This document shows, one piece after another, positions 27,731 to 36,532 of a DNA stretch of 43,709 nucleotides. Made by a program: the position numbers and the translations under genes. Position 1 is the first letter of the stretch, and every line of letters starts with the position of its first letter. The notes under the pieces are model-generated. The model ran no database searches. It had not been told where the DNA came from and saw nothing but the letters and a program-made list of their open reading frames with translations. This stretch comes from an uncultured Rikenellaceae bacterium (lineage in GTDB: Bacteria > Bacteroidota > Bacteroidia > Bacteroidales > VadinHA17), in NCBI GenBank assembly GCA_964500155.1, contig CAZCQC010000335.1, positions 1 to 43,709 of the forward strand. Reading direction: 5' to 3'.

Positions 27731-28953
27731 GGGTTCTTTTGTCCAATAAATTCTACTATTCCCGCGGGGGAAGCGACATTTATGTGATCGAACTCGAAAG
27801 ACTTTTAAAAGAGCATGGACATGAGGTGGCTGTTTTCTCAATGCAGCATCCACTGAACAGGGAATCGGAATTCGTAAAATTCTTTCCGGCGGAAATTGAT
27901 CTTAACAATAAGAGACTAAACAATCTGATTCCTTCTTTGTTACGTCCTTTCGGTTCCGCGGAAGTTCGTATGAAATTTAATAAGCTGCTTGACGATTTTA
28001 AGCCCGACATTGTCCATCTCAATAATATCCATTCACAATTATCTCCAATCCTTTCTGTTCTAGCACAGAACCTTAGAATACCAGTTGTTTGGACCCTTCA
28101 TGATCATAAACTTCTATGCCCAAGATACGATTGCATGCGCAGCGGTAAACCATGTGAATTATGCTTTACCCGTAAATTCAATGTGGTAAGATACAGGTGT
28201 ATGAAGCGAAGTTACACAGCAAGTTTAATCGCATACGCAGAGGCAATTCTTTGGAACAGGGGAAAAATAAGCAGGTCAACAAATATTTTTATTTGCCCGA
28301 GCAGATTTCTTTTAAACAATATGATCAAAGGAGGTTTTAGAGCCGAACAGCTGATTTCATTGTCTAATTTTGTTGATGGAAAAAAATTTTCCGGTGTCGT
28401 TGAAAAAAGGGAAAAGCACTTTTGTTACGTTGGGCGTCTCTCCACTGAAAAAGGAATTGAGACTTTGCTTAAAGCATCAATGGAACTGCCTCAATATCCG
28501 TTAAAGGTTATTGGGACAGGACCTCTGGAGTTTTTTCTGAAATCGAAATACCAGTCAAAACACATCGAATTTATGGGATTCAGGGAATGGGATGGTTTAA
28601 AAACAATCCTGGGCACTTCAGCAGGCATGGTCATCCCTTCAGAATGTTACGAGAATAATCCTTTGAGCGTAATTGAATCGTTGTGTCTGGGTACCCCTGT
28701 AATAGGTTCAAAAATTGGTGGGATACCTGAATTGATAACTGTCGGGAAAAACGGATCAGTTTTTGAACCTGGAAATGTCGTAGATCTCAGGAACCAGATA
28801 ATCCGGTTATTTGAAGCACAGGTAAAATATGACTATGCCGGAATTGCCTCTGAAGCAAGAACAAAGTTCATGTCGGATAATTACTATGATAAATTGATAA
28901 CGATCTATAACCAGCTTCTGTCCTCCAGGAGTAAGAATGGTTATAACGGATAA
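27727..28953 (+). CDS. Glycosyltransferase family 4 with Cys-rich insert
   Basis: Motifs present: MRVLLSNKFYYSRGGSDIY; LHDHKLLCPRYDCMRSGKPCELCFTRKFNVVRYRC; and PSECYENNPLSVIESLCLGTPVIGSKIGGIPELI. Its start overlaps the upstream stop by 4 nt. Confidence 0.85.
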   Translation: MRVLLSNKFYYSRGGSDIYVIELERLLKEHGHEVAVFSMQHPLNRESEFVKFFPAEIDLNNKRLNNLIPSLLRPFGSAEVRMKFNKLLDDFKPDIVHLNNIHSQLSPILSVLAQNLRIPVVWTLHDHKLLCPRYDCMRSGKPCELCFTRKFNVVRYRCMKRSYTASLIAYAEAILWNRGKISRSTNIFICPSRFLLNNMIKGGFRAEQLISLSNFVDGKKFSGVVEKREKHFCYVGRLSTEKGIETLLKASMELPQYPLKVIGTGPLEFFLKSKYQSKHIEFMGFREWDGLKTILGTSAGMVIPSECYENNPLSVIESLCLGTPVIGSKIGGIPELITVGKNGSVFEPGNVVDLRNQIIRLFEAQVKYDYAGIASEARTKFMSDNYYDKLITIYNQLLSSRSKNGYNG

Positions 28954-28961
28954 AAATTAAG

Positions 28962-30233
28962 ATGAAAATCATACTGGTCAATTACAGATATTTCATTTCG
29001 GGAGGGTCTGAGCGATATCTTTTTAATGTAAAGGCTCTTCTGGAGAAAAATGGCCACACAGTGATACCTTTCAGCGTAAAGCATAATTTGAATTCTTGCA
29101 GTGAATATGATAAATATTTTATAAGTCCTTTAGGGAAAGGTGATTTAACTTATTTCAGTGAAAGGGACAAGACAAGCTTCACTCAAATATTCAAGTTTTT
29201 TTCAAGGATGTTTTATTCTTTTGAGGCCAGGAAAAAATTCAGGAAGCTGATCATCGATACAAATCCCGACCTTGTTTACGTGCTTCAATATCAAAATAAA
29301 CTTTCCCCTAGTTTTATAGGTGTAGCAAAGAAGCATAATCTTCCGGTAATACAACGGGTATCCGATTTCGGCCATATATGTGCAAACCAGTTATTCTACA
29401 ATTACAGGCTGAATTCTGTATGCACACGATGTCTGGAGGGAAACAAATTGAATGCGGTTAGATACAGATGTGTTTATAATTCAATGATTTATTCCCTGAT
29501 AAAGATATCAGCATTAAAATTTCATGAAATCCTTGGAATAACAAAAAAGATTAATGCCTTCGTTGTTCCTTCGAAATTCACACTGTTAAAACTTGCAGCT
29601 TTTGGGATTCCGGAATCGAAGCTTTGTAATATTCCGACCTTCTTTTCTTTTTCCAGGGCTGAGGAAGGATTAGGAGAATTTAAGGTAAAATACGGGGATT
29701 TTGCGTTGTATGTTGGTAGAATTGAAGAAGAAAAAGGCGTTATGACTCTTGTCAGGGCTTTTGAAGATACAGAGATGCCTTTGAAGATTGTTGGTTATTC
29801 CTCGAAGGGATATGATAAGAAAATAATGGAATACCTGACCGGCAAGGATCACAAAATTGAATTTGTCGGCAAACAATCTTTCAGAAAAGTCAGGGAGTAT
29901 TTAAGCGAATGCGCTTTTACTGTTTGTCCTTCAGAATGCTACGATAATTTTCCGAATTCTGTTATTGAATCATTTGCATTTAAAAAAGCAGTTGTCTGTA
30001 CTAATCTGGGGAGTCTTAAGGAGATGGTTGAACACAACAAAACGGGGCTTTTGTATGAACCACTTGATCATCTTAAGCTCAGGGAACATTCCACCTTCCT
30101 GTTTTCTCACCAGGAGGAATTGGTCAGAATGGGCAAGGCTGGCCGGGTAATGGCTGAGAACACCCTTTCAGAGGCTAGTCATTATAATTCATTGATTAAC
30201 CTCTTCAGAAAGTATAAATCAGAAAAAACTTAA
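28962..30233 (+). CDS. Glycosyltransferase family 4 with Cys-rich insert (paralog of 27727-28953)
   Basis: Motifs present: MKIILVNYRYFISGGSERY; HICANQLFYNYRLNSVCTRCLEGNKLNAVRYRC; and PSECYDNFPNSVIESFAFKKAVVCTNLGSLKEMVEHNKTGLL. Confidence 0.85.
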   Translation: MKIILVNYRYFISGGSERYLFNVKALLEKNGHTVIPFSVKHNLNSCSEYDKYFISPLGKGDLTYFSERDKTSFTQIFKFFSRMFYSFEARKKFRKLIIDTNPDLVYVLQYQNKLSPSFIGVAKKHNLPVIQRVSDFGHICANQLFYNYRLNSVCTRCLEGNKLNAVRYRCVYNSMIYSLIKISALKFHEILGITKKINAFVVPSKFTLLKLAAFGIPESKLCNIPTFFSFSRAEEGLGEFKVKYGDFALYVGRIEEEKGVMTLVRAFEDTEMPLKIVGYSSKGYDKKIMEYLTGKDHKIEFVGKQSFRKVREYLSECAFTVCPSECYDNFPNSVIESFAFKKAVVCTNLGSLKEMVEHNKTGLLYEPLDHLKLREHSTFLFSHQEELVRMGKAGRVMAENTLSEASHYNSLINLFRKYKSEKT

Positions 30234-30275
30234 AGCTTTACATGTTTAATTTGGCTTACTTATCTTATTAAAATA

Positions 30276-31415
30276 ATGGCAGGAAACGAAACCGGAGCAT
30301 TACCAACTGATGTTTCTGTAATTACAACATATCGTTGCCAGATGCGATGTAAAATGTGCAATATCTGGAAGTTTCCTACTGATGAAAAGAAGGAAATTAC
30401 TCCAAAGGACCTTGAAAAACTGCCCTCTTTAAAGTTTGCAAATATAACCGGAGGAGAGCCATTCCAGCGTCGTGATCTGGAAGATCTCATTGCTGTTCTT
30501 TTTACAAAAGCCCCAAGGGTTGTTATTTCTACTTCCGGCTGGCATTATGACAGGATAATAAAACTTGCAGAAAAATTCCCAAAGATAGGAATCCGGGTCA
30601 GCATTGAAGGACTTTCGCAACGGAACGATGAATTGAGAGGCCGTCAGGGAGGGTTCGATAACGGGCTGAAAGTTCTTCTGAAGCTTCGCTCTATGGGCGT
30701 TAAGGATATCGGCTTCGGTATAACCGTTTCAAATCAGAATTCTGAGGATATGTTATGGCTGTATCGTTTAGCCAAAGAGATGAAACTTGAGTTTGCCACA
30801 GCTGCATTCCATAATTCCTTCTATTTTCACAAGGATGACAACGAAGTAACTAACAGGGAGATAGTGACAAACCACTTCGAAGAGCTAATAAATAATCTAC
30901 TGAAAGAGAACAATCCAAAAAGCTGGGCGAGGGCTTTTTTTAATCTTGGATTAATTAATTACATCAGGAGAGGGAAGAGAATGCTTCCATGCGAAGCCGG
31001 GCTTACAAACTTTTTTGTCGAACCATACGGAGATATTTATCCTTGCAATGGACTGGAAGACAGAATCTGGAAGGAAAGCATGGGGAACCTTCATGATTTT
31101 TCAACATTTGAAGAACTCTGGAACAGTGAACAGGCAAAAAGGGTGCGCGATCTTGTGAAAATTTGCCCGAAGAATTGCTGGATGGTCGGCACTGCTGCCC
31201 CTGTAATGAAGAAATATATTAAACATCCTGCCGGCTGGATTATTGAAAATAAGTATAAATCCATTTTGGGCAGGAAAATCTGTTGCGACCGGATTCCTTA
31301 TTACAATGTCGGACAGAATCCATTACAGGGCGATCTGGATTATAAAAGAATGAAGCCTTTTACAGATACCAACGGTGTTAAACCGGATCCAAACCTCTCT
31401 TTGATTGAATCATAA
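30276..31415 (+). CDS. Radical SAM protein with SPASM/twitch-like C-terminal Cys domain
   Basis: A CX3CX2C motif lies near the N-terminus (VITTYRCQMRCKMCNIW) and a GGEP motif follows (ITGGEPFQRRD). The C-terminal part is auxiliary-cluster-like: LPCEAGLTNFFVEPYGDIYPCNG...GNL...ELWNS...ICPKNCW. Confidence 0.8.
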   Translation: MAGNETGALPTDVSVITTYRCQMRCKMCNIWKFPTDEKKEITPKDLEKLPSLKFANITGGEPFQRRDLEDLIAVLFTKAPRVVISTSGWHYDRIIKLAEKFPKIGIRVSIEGLSQRNDELRGRQGGFDNGLKVLLKLRSMGVKDIGFGITVSNQNSEDMLWLYRLAKEMKLEFATAAFHNSFYFHKDDNEVTNREIVTNHFEELINNLLKENNPKSWARAFFNLGLINYIRRGKRMLPCEAGLTNFFVEPYGDIYPCNGLEDRIWKESMGNLHDFSTFEELWNSEQAKRVRDLVKICPKNCWMVGTAAPVMKKYIKHPAGWIIENKYKSILGRKICCDRIPYYNVGQNPLQGDLDYKRMKPFTDTNGVKPDPNLSLIES

Positions 31416-31460
31416 ACCTGTGATTCAAAAATCAACTTAAAACTGTAGGATATTTCTAAT

Positions 31461-32558
31461 ATGAAGATAGTTGTAATTGGCACCCGGGGTATTCCAAATA
31501 TCCAGGGTGGAGTTGAAACTCACTGCGAGGAATTATATCCTCACATGGTGGGTTTAAATTACGAAATTCATCTTATCAGAAGGACATGCTATGTTCCTCC
31601 CGATGATAATCTGACTGAATACAAAGGTGTTCAGCTACATAACGTTTACACTGTCAGGAAAATAACTACTGAAACAATTTTACATACTTTCCTGGCTGTG
31701 CTATGGGCAAGAAAACATGGTACTGATATACTTCACATCCATGCCATCGGCCCGGCTATTTTCACACCATTTGCCCGTTTACTGGGCCTAAAAGTAGTTT
31801 TTACTCATCATGGACCGGATTACGATCGTGCAAAATGGGGCCCTGTAGCCAAATTCGTACTCAAAGTTGGAGAGAGGCTGGGCACTGCCTTTGCTAATGA
31901 AATCATTGTAATTTCCGAAGTGATAAAAGATCTGCTGGAAAAAAAATACAAAAGATATGACACCAATCTGGTCTTTAACGGAGTAAATCCGCCTGTCTTT
32001 TCCAATAAAATGGATTTTATTGAATCGCTCGGACTTAAACCACGCAAGTATGTCTTTACTTTAGGTCGTTTTGTCGAGGAAAAGGGTTTTGACTTTCTGA
32101 TAAAGGCTTTTAATGAGTTGAATCAGAACGAGTACCGACTTGTAATTGCTGGTGATGCAGACCATGAGATCCCCTATACAAAACAACTAAAAAGACTTGC
32201 CGGGATGAACAATGTTCTTTTACCCGGCTTTCTGAAGGGAGAAGAGCTGCATCAGCTTTTTACTTATGCCCGGCTGTTCGTTTTGCCTTCATTTCATGAA
32301 GGGTTACCAATTTCGCTGCTCGAAGCAATGAGCTACAGACTCCCTGTTCTTGTAAGTGATATACCCGCAAATAAACAGGTCTCATTGCCAGGGAATAAAT
32401 ATTTTATTACAGGAGACGAAAAGTCACTAAAAAGCGGACTGGAAAAAATACTTCAACAGAAATTTGAACCGGTTGATTACGACATGACTCCTTACGACTG
32501 GTATAAGATCGCACTCCAGACAGACGCTATTTACAGGAAAGTAAACCACAAGAAATGA
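31461..32558 (+). CDS. Glycosyltransferase, GT4 with DUF1972-type N-terminus
   Basis: Motifs present: MKIVVIGTRGIPNIQGGVETHCEELY; LGRFVEEKGFDFLIKAF; and LPSFHEGLPISLLEAMSYRLPVLVSDIPAN. Confidence 0.8.
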   Translation: MKIVVIGTRGIPNIQGGVETHCEELYPHMVGLNYEIHLIRRTCYVPPDDNLTEYKGVQLHNVYTVRKITTETILHTFLAVLWARKHGTDILHIHAIGPAIFTPFARLLGLKVVFTHHGPDYDRAKWGPVAKFVLKVGERLGTAFANEIIVISEVIKDLLEKKYKRYDTNLVFNGVNPPVFSNKMDFIESLGLKPRKYVFTLGRFVEEKGFDFLIKAFNELNQNEYRLVIAGDADHEIPYTKQLKRLAGMNNVLLPGFLKGEELHQLFTYARLFVLPSFHEGLPISLLEAMSYRLPVLVSDIPANKQVSLPGNKYFITGDEKSLKSGLEKILQQKFEPVDYDMTPYDWYKIALQTDAIYRKVNHKK

Positions 32559-34222
32559 GTTTGAAACTGAAAATAGGTTTAATGGTTGACAGCTATCTTG
32601 TGGCTGCATGGAAGTATGATATTATTGAAAAGATATCTGATTCGGATTTTGCTGCTGTTGCTGTAGTAATTAAAAATTGTGCCGCGCAATCTGCTGATAA
32701 AAGTAGAATCAATCCAGGGCTGCTAGTTTACAGGCTTCATGTAAAACTTGATAAGATCATCTTTGGAAAAAGTAATGATTATTCTCAGAACAAAGATATC
32801 CGGGCTTTGATAAAAAATGTTCCTGAGGTCACCCTGAATATAGAGGGGAATGATGATTACCAGGAGTTTCAAATAGGGGATATAGGAGAAATCAGTAAAT
32901 ATAGTCCTGACATAATATTAAAGTTTGGTTCTGGATTACCATGTGGCCTGCTACTAAAGGTTCCAAAATATGGGGTATGGTCGTACTCAATGGATAATTT
33001 TGATAATGAACGATCTGGTATCACAGGGTATTATGAAGTGGTTGAGAACAACCCCGTTACAAAATCAGAACTGGTAATTTTTAATGAGTGTGGAGAAAAA
33101 CCCCATGTAATCTCAGATGCCTGGGAATCAACCTGTTCATACTCAATTCATATGAACAGGGATCGACTTTTCCGGAGGTCATCATTATTCACAGTCAGAA
33201 TATTACATGGGATCCATCAGTTTGGGAAAAGCTATCTCGATGATCTCATCAATACACATGACATAAATTCCGGAGATGAAAGCCGCGATTTGTCTGTTCC
33301 TTCTTTTATCTGTTCAGTCAGGAATTTTAGCGCGGCAATAATGATTTTTTCACGCAAATCGCTTAAAAAGGTATTTTATTCCGATCCATTTTCCTGGGTA
33401 CTTCTTTTCAAAATAAAGGACAGTAAAGATTTCCTGAATAATTCATATTCAAGTTTTAACAGATTACAACCTTCAAAAGACAAATTCTGGGCAGATCCTT
33501 TCGTCATCAGCAGAGATGATAAGTATTCTATTTTTGTTGAGGAATTTATTTATGCAAAGAATAAGGGACATATCTCTGTTCTTGAACTTGATAAAGCAGG
33601 CACGCTTTTAAGAGTTAAGAAGCTTATTGACAAACCCTACCACATGTCTTATCCATTCGTTTTCGAATCGGAAGGAGCGTATTTTATGATTCCTGAAACA
33701 GGAGAAAACCGGACAATTGACCTCTATAAATGTATTGATTTTCCTGACAACTGGGTGTTTGTAAAAAATATTATGAAAGATGTGAATGCTGTTGACACCA
33801 CTTTGTTTAATTACAATGGGAAATGGTGGCTTTTTACAGTCATAGATGAAATCAACAGTTCATTGGATGGCAGCCCGGAATTGTTCCTTTTCTTTACTGA
33901 TAATATTTTTTCAGGTACATGGACGAGCCATCCCTTAAATCCGGTCGTTTCGGATATAAGAATTGCAAGGCCTGCAGGCCAAGTCTTCATCCATAACGGA
34001 AATATTTACAGACCTTCCCAGGATTGCGCCGGCAGGTACGGAAAGGCATTTAACATTAATCAGATACTTACACTTTCGGAAACTGAATATAAGGAAGTCC
34101 GTGTCAGAAAGATAGAACCAGATTGGGATTCTAATCTTAAGGGAACACATACTTTTAATTTTGATGGTGATTTCACTGTCATCGATGCTTATTCAATGCG
34201 CAGGAGACCATTATTAAACTGA
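32555..34222 (+). CDS. Uncharacterised two-domain protein: formyltransferase-like N-domain fused to a GH43-like beta-propeller-like C-domain
   Basis: The N-domain (IGLMVDSYLVAAWKYDIIEKI...PDIILKFGSGLPCGLLLKVPKYGVWSYSMDNFD...GYYEV) resembles the Fmt-type N-domain. The C-domain (FWADPFVISRDDKYSIFVEEF...HMSYPFVFESEGAYFMIPET...IDLYKC...DTTLFNYNGKWWLFT...NGNIYRPSQDC) resembles the blades of a 5-bladed propeller. The start overlaps the upstream stop by 4 nt. Confidence 0.5.
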   Translation: MSLKLKIGLMVDSYLVAAWKYDIIEKISDSDFAAVAVVIKNCAAQSADKSRINPGLLVYRLHVKLDKIIFGKSNDYSQNKDIRALIKNVPEVTLNIEGNDDYQEFQIGDIGEISKYSPDIILKFGSGLPCGLLLKVPKYGVWSYSMDNFDNERSGITGYYEVVENNPVTKSELVIFNECGEKPHVISDAWESTCSYSIHMNRDRLFRRSSLFTVRILHGIHQFGKSYLDDLINTHDINSGDESRDLSVPSFICSVRNFSAAIMIFSRKSLKKVFYSDPFSWVLLFKIKDSKDFLNNSYSSFNRLQPSKDKFWADPFVISRDDKYSIFVEEFIYAKNKGHISVLELDKAGTLLRVKKLIDKPYHMSYPFVFESEGAYFMIPETGENRTIDLYKCIDFPDNWVFVKNIMKDVNAVDTTLFNYNGKWWLFTVIDEINSSLDGSPELFLFFTDNIFSGTWTSHPLNPVVSDIRIARPAGQVFIHNGNIYRPSQDCAGRYGKAFNINQILTLSETEYKEVRVRKIEPDWDSNLKGTHTFNFDGDFTVIDAYSMRRRPLLN

Positions 34223-34259
34223 AAGATGTCTTTATAGTCACATTATTTTCGTTTAGCAA

Positions 34260-34805
34260 ATGGAAAGAGTAAACAAAGCGGACCTGTTTCGTTATGGCGG
34301 CCTTAAGGGGGCAAAGGGCTTTATAAAGGGTTGGTTTATACCAGGATTCAGATATACTTACCTATTCAGGAAAGTCAGCAGTCATAAGAAATGGACTTTC
34401 AAGGGAGGTTGGTATCGTTTTGTAATGAGAGTGGTTGCTTATAAAGAATACCAAATTAATCCTGAGGCCCGGATTGGCGAAGGGCTTCAACTTTATCACC
34501 GTGGTACTGTCGTAGTTGGTCCTGTTACCATTGGGAAGAACTGCTGCATTTCTCACAATGTTACAATTGGAAGGTCATATAAAGGCGGCCAGATTGGCAG
34601 GCCTTCAATTGGTGACTATGTATGGATCGGAACTGGAGCAGTAATTGTTGGTAAGATCGGGATAGGGAATAATGTTCTGATTGCCCCTAATTCTTTTGTA
34701 AATTTCGATGTCCCTGATAATTCAATAGTTATCGGAAACCCCGGAAAAATAATTAGAAAAGACAATCCAACCGGGAATTATATTACCAATATACTTGAAG
34801 ATTGA
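34260..34805 (+). CDS. Hexapeptide-repeat O-acetyltransferase, serine acetyltransferase (CysE)-like
   Basis: Left-handed beta-helix repeats are visible: IGEGLQLYHRGTVVVGPVTIGKNCCISHNVTIG...IGDYVWIGTGAVIVGKIGIGNNVLIAPNSFVNFDVPDNSIVIGNPGKII. Confidence 0.8.
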   Translation: MERVNKADLFRYGGLKGAKGFIKGWFIPGFRYTYLFRKVSSHKKWTFKGGWYRFVMRVVAYKEYQINPEARIGEGLQLYHRGTVVVGPVTIGKNCCISHNVTIGRSYKGGQIGRPSIGDYVWIGTGAVIVGKIGIGNNVLIAPNSFVNFDVPDNSIVIGNPGKIIRKDNPTGNYITNILED

Positions 34806-34853
34806 AAATTAATTGAATTTGTAATATTTTAGAAAACAGATTCTTACAATTAA

Positions 34854-35396
34854 ATGGACAGGATGATTAAAGCGGACCTCTTTCGCTATGGCGGCCTTAA
34901 GGGGGCAAAAGGATTTATAAAAGGCTGGTTTATTCCAGGGTTTCGGTACACCTATTTATTAAGGAAAACTGTCCGCCACAGAAAATTTACATTAAGAGGT
35001 ATTTATTACAGGATATTGAGAAGGCTTTTTGCATATAAGGAATTCATAATAAGTCCGGAAGCAGAGATAGGCGAAGGTTTTTATCTTTATCATCGCGGAA
35101 CAGTATATATAGGTCCTGTAAAAATCGGTAAAAACTGTTGCATATCTCACAATGTCACTATTGGAAGAGCCTATAAGAATGGTCAGATCGGCCGTCCGAC
35201 TATCGGGGACAATGTATGGATTGGACCGGGGGCAGTTGTGGTTGGCAAAATAAATATCGGAAACAATGTATTTATAGCCCCTAATTCAGTAGTTAATACT
35301 GATGTTCCTGATAATGCAATGGTTGCAGGGTTCCCTGCACGATATATTATCAAGGAAGATCCGAACAGGGACTGGGTAAATGATATCCTGGACTAA
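34854..35396 (+). CDS. Hexapeptide-repeat O-acetyltransferase, CysE-like (tandem paralog)
   Basis: Its architecture matches 34260-34805 and its N-terminus is nearly identical (KADLFRYGGLKGAKGFIKGWFIPGFRYTYL). Confidence 0.8.
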   Translation: MDRMIKADLFRYGGLKGAKGFIKGWFIPGFRYTYLLRKTVRHRKFTLRGIYYRILRRLFAYKEFIISPEAEIGEGFYLYHRGTVYIGPVKIGKNCCISHNVTIGRAYKNGQIGRPTIGDNVWIGPGAVVVGKINIGNNVFIAPNSVVNTDVPDNAMVAGFPARYIIKEDPNRDWVNDILD

Positions 35397-35417
35397 AATC
35401 TTTCAGGTTAGGAGAAT

Positions 35418-36404
35418 ATGACAAAACGGTTGATAGTTACGGGTGCAGCTGGATTTATAGGCTCATCACTTTCCGATAGTCTGTTGAGTAATGGTTCCTA
35501 TGTACTTGGGATAGATAATTTTGATCCCTATTATGACAAAGACTTAAAGGTAAGGAACATTGAACATGCTTTAAAATGTCCGCGTTTTCAATTCATGGCA
35601 GGGGATATAAGGGATTCGGATTTTATTGACAGCTGCTTTTCAGATTTCAAACCCGATGTTATTGTACATCTTGCCGCTAAAGCCGGTGTAAGGCCATCCC
35701 TGAGTGACCCGGAATTATATCTTGATGTAAATGTTATGGGTACCCTGAACATCCTTGAAATGATGAAAAAAAACAATATCAGGAAAATGATATTTGCCTC
35801 TTCTTCATCAGTTTATGGAAATAACAGGAAGGTCCCGTTTTCAGAGATTGACAATGTTGATTTTCCTGTATCACCTTATGCTGCATCCAAGAAAGCAGGA
35901 GAGCTCCTATGCCATACTTACCACCATCTGTATAATCTGGACATATTCTGTCTGCGTTTTTTTACTGTATATGGCCCGAGGCAGCGTCCTGATCTTGCCA
36001 TTCACAAATTTGTAAAGGCATTGTTAACTGATGAGTTGATAACTCTTTACGGGGATGGAACCACTTCGAGGGACTACACTCATATCGACGATATTGTGAG
36101 AGGTATTTCAGCAGCAATTGAAAGGGTGAAAGGATTTGAAATCTTTAATCTGGGCAATTCGAAACCCATCTCCCTGACCGGCCTTGTGAGATTACTGGAG
36201 AAATCGGCCGGAAGGGAGGCTAATTTAAAGTATATGCCGATGCAGGATGGGGATGTTGAAAGAACATTCGCTGATATCTCCAAAGCAAGGACCGGGCTCG
36301 GTTTTAATCCTGAAATCAACCTTGAGACTGGTATTAATAATTATCTGAAATGGTTCAGAGGGTTTTTATCAGATAGGGGATATCCCGGTTTGTCAAATGA
36401 ATAA
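35418..36404 (+). CDS. NAD-dependent epimerase (extended SDR), UDP-glucuronate 4-epimerase-like
   Basis: Motifs present: VTGAAGFIGSSL; LGIDNFDPYYD..LK; HLAAKAGVR; ASSSSVYGNN..VPFSE; SPYAASKKAGELL; and RFFTVYGPRQRPDLAIHKF. Confidence 0.75.
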   Translation: MTKRLIVTGAAGFIGSSLSDSLLSNGSYVLGIDNFDPYYDKDLKVRNIEHALKCPRFQFMAGDIRDSDFIDSCFSDFKPDVIVHLAAKAGVRPSLSDPELYLDVNVMGTLNILEMMKKNNIRKMIFASSSSVYGNNRKVPFSEIDNVDFPVSPYAASKKAGELLCHTYHHLYNLDIFCLRFFTVYGPRQRPDLAIHKFVKALLTDELITLYGDGTTSRDYTHIDDIVRGISAAIERVKGFEIFNLGNSKPISLTGLVRLLEKSAGREANLKYMPMQDGDVERTFADISKARTGLGFNPEINLETGINNYLKWFRGFLSDRGYPGLSNE

Positions 36405-36532
36405 TCTGAATATCAATGTCTTTGTCAGATATTTTTATATGTGGATAAAACATACTAATTTAGCATGAGCTTTATAGCTATCTGTCAGGGGAAAGTCAGG
36501 AGTCGTTATTTAGTTAAGTTATTCAACATTGA

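Noticed and set aside
36404-36430. Hairpin ATCTGA-N15-TCAGAT followed by ATTTTTAT after the epimerase gene, considered as an internal terminator
   Set aside because: The stem is only 6 bp, the loop is 15 nt and the T-run is interrupted. It is mentioned only as a possible weak attenuator within the locus.
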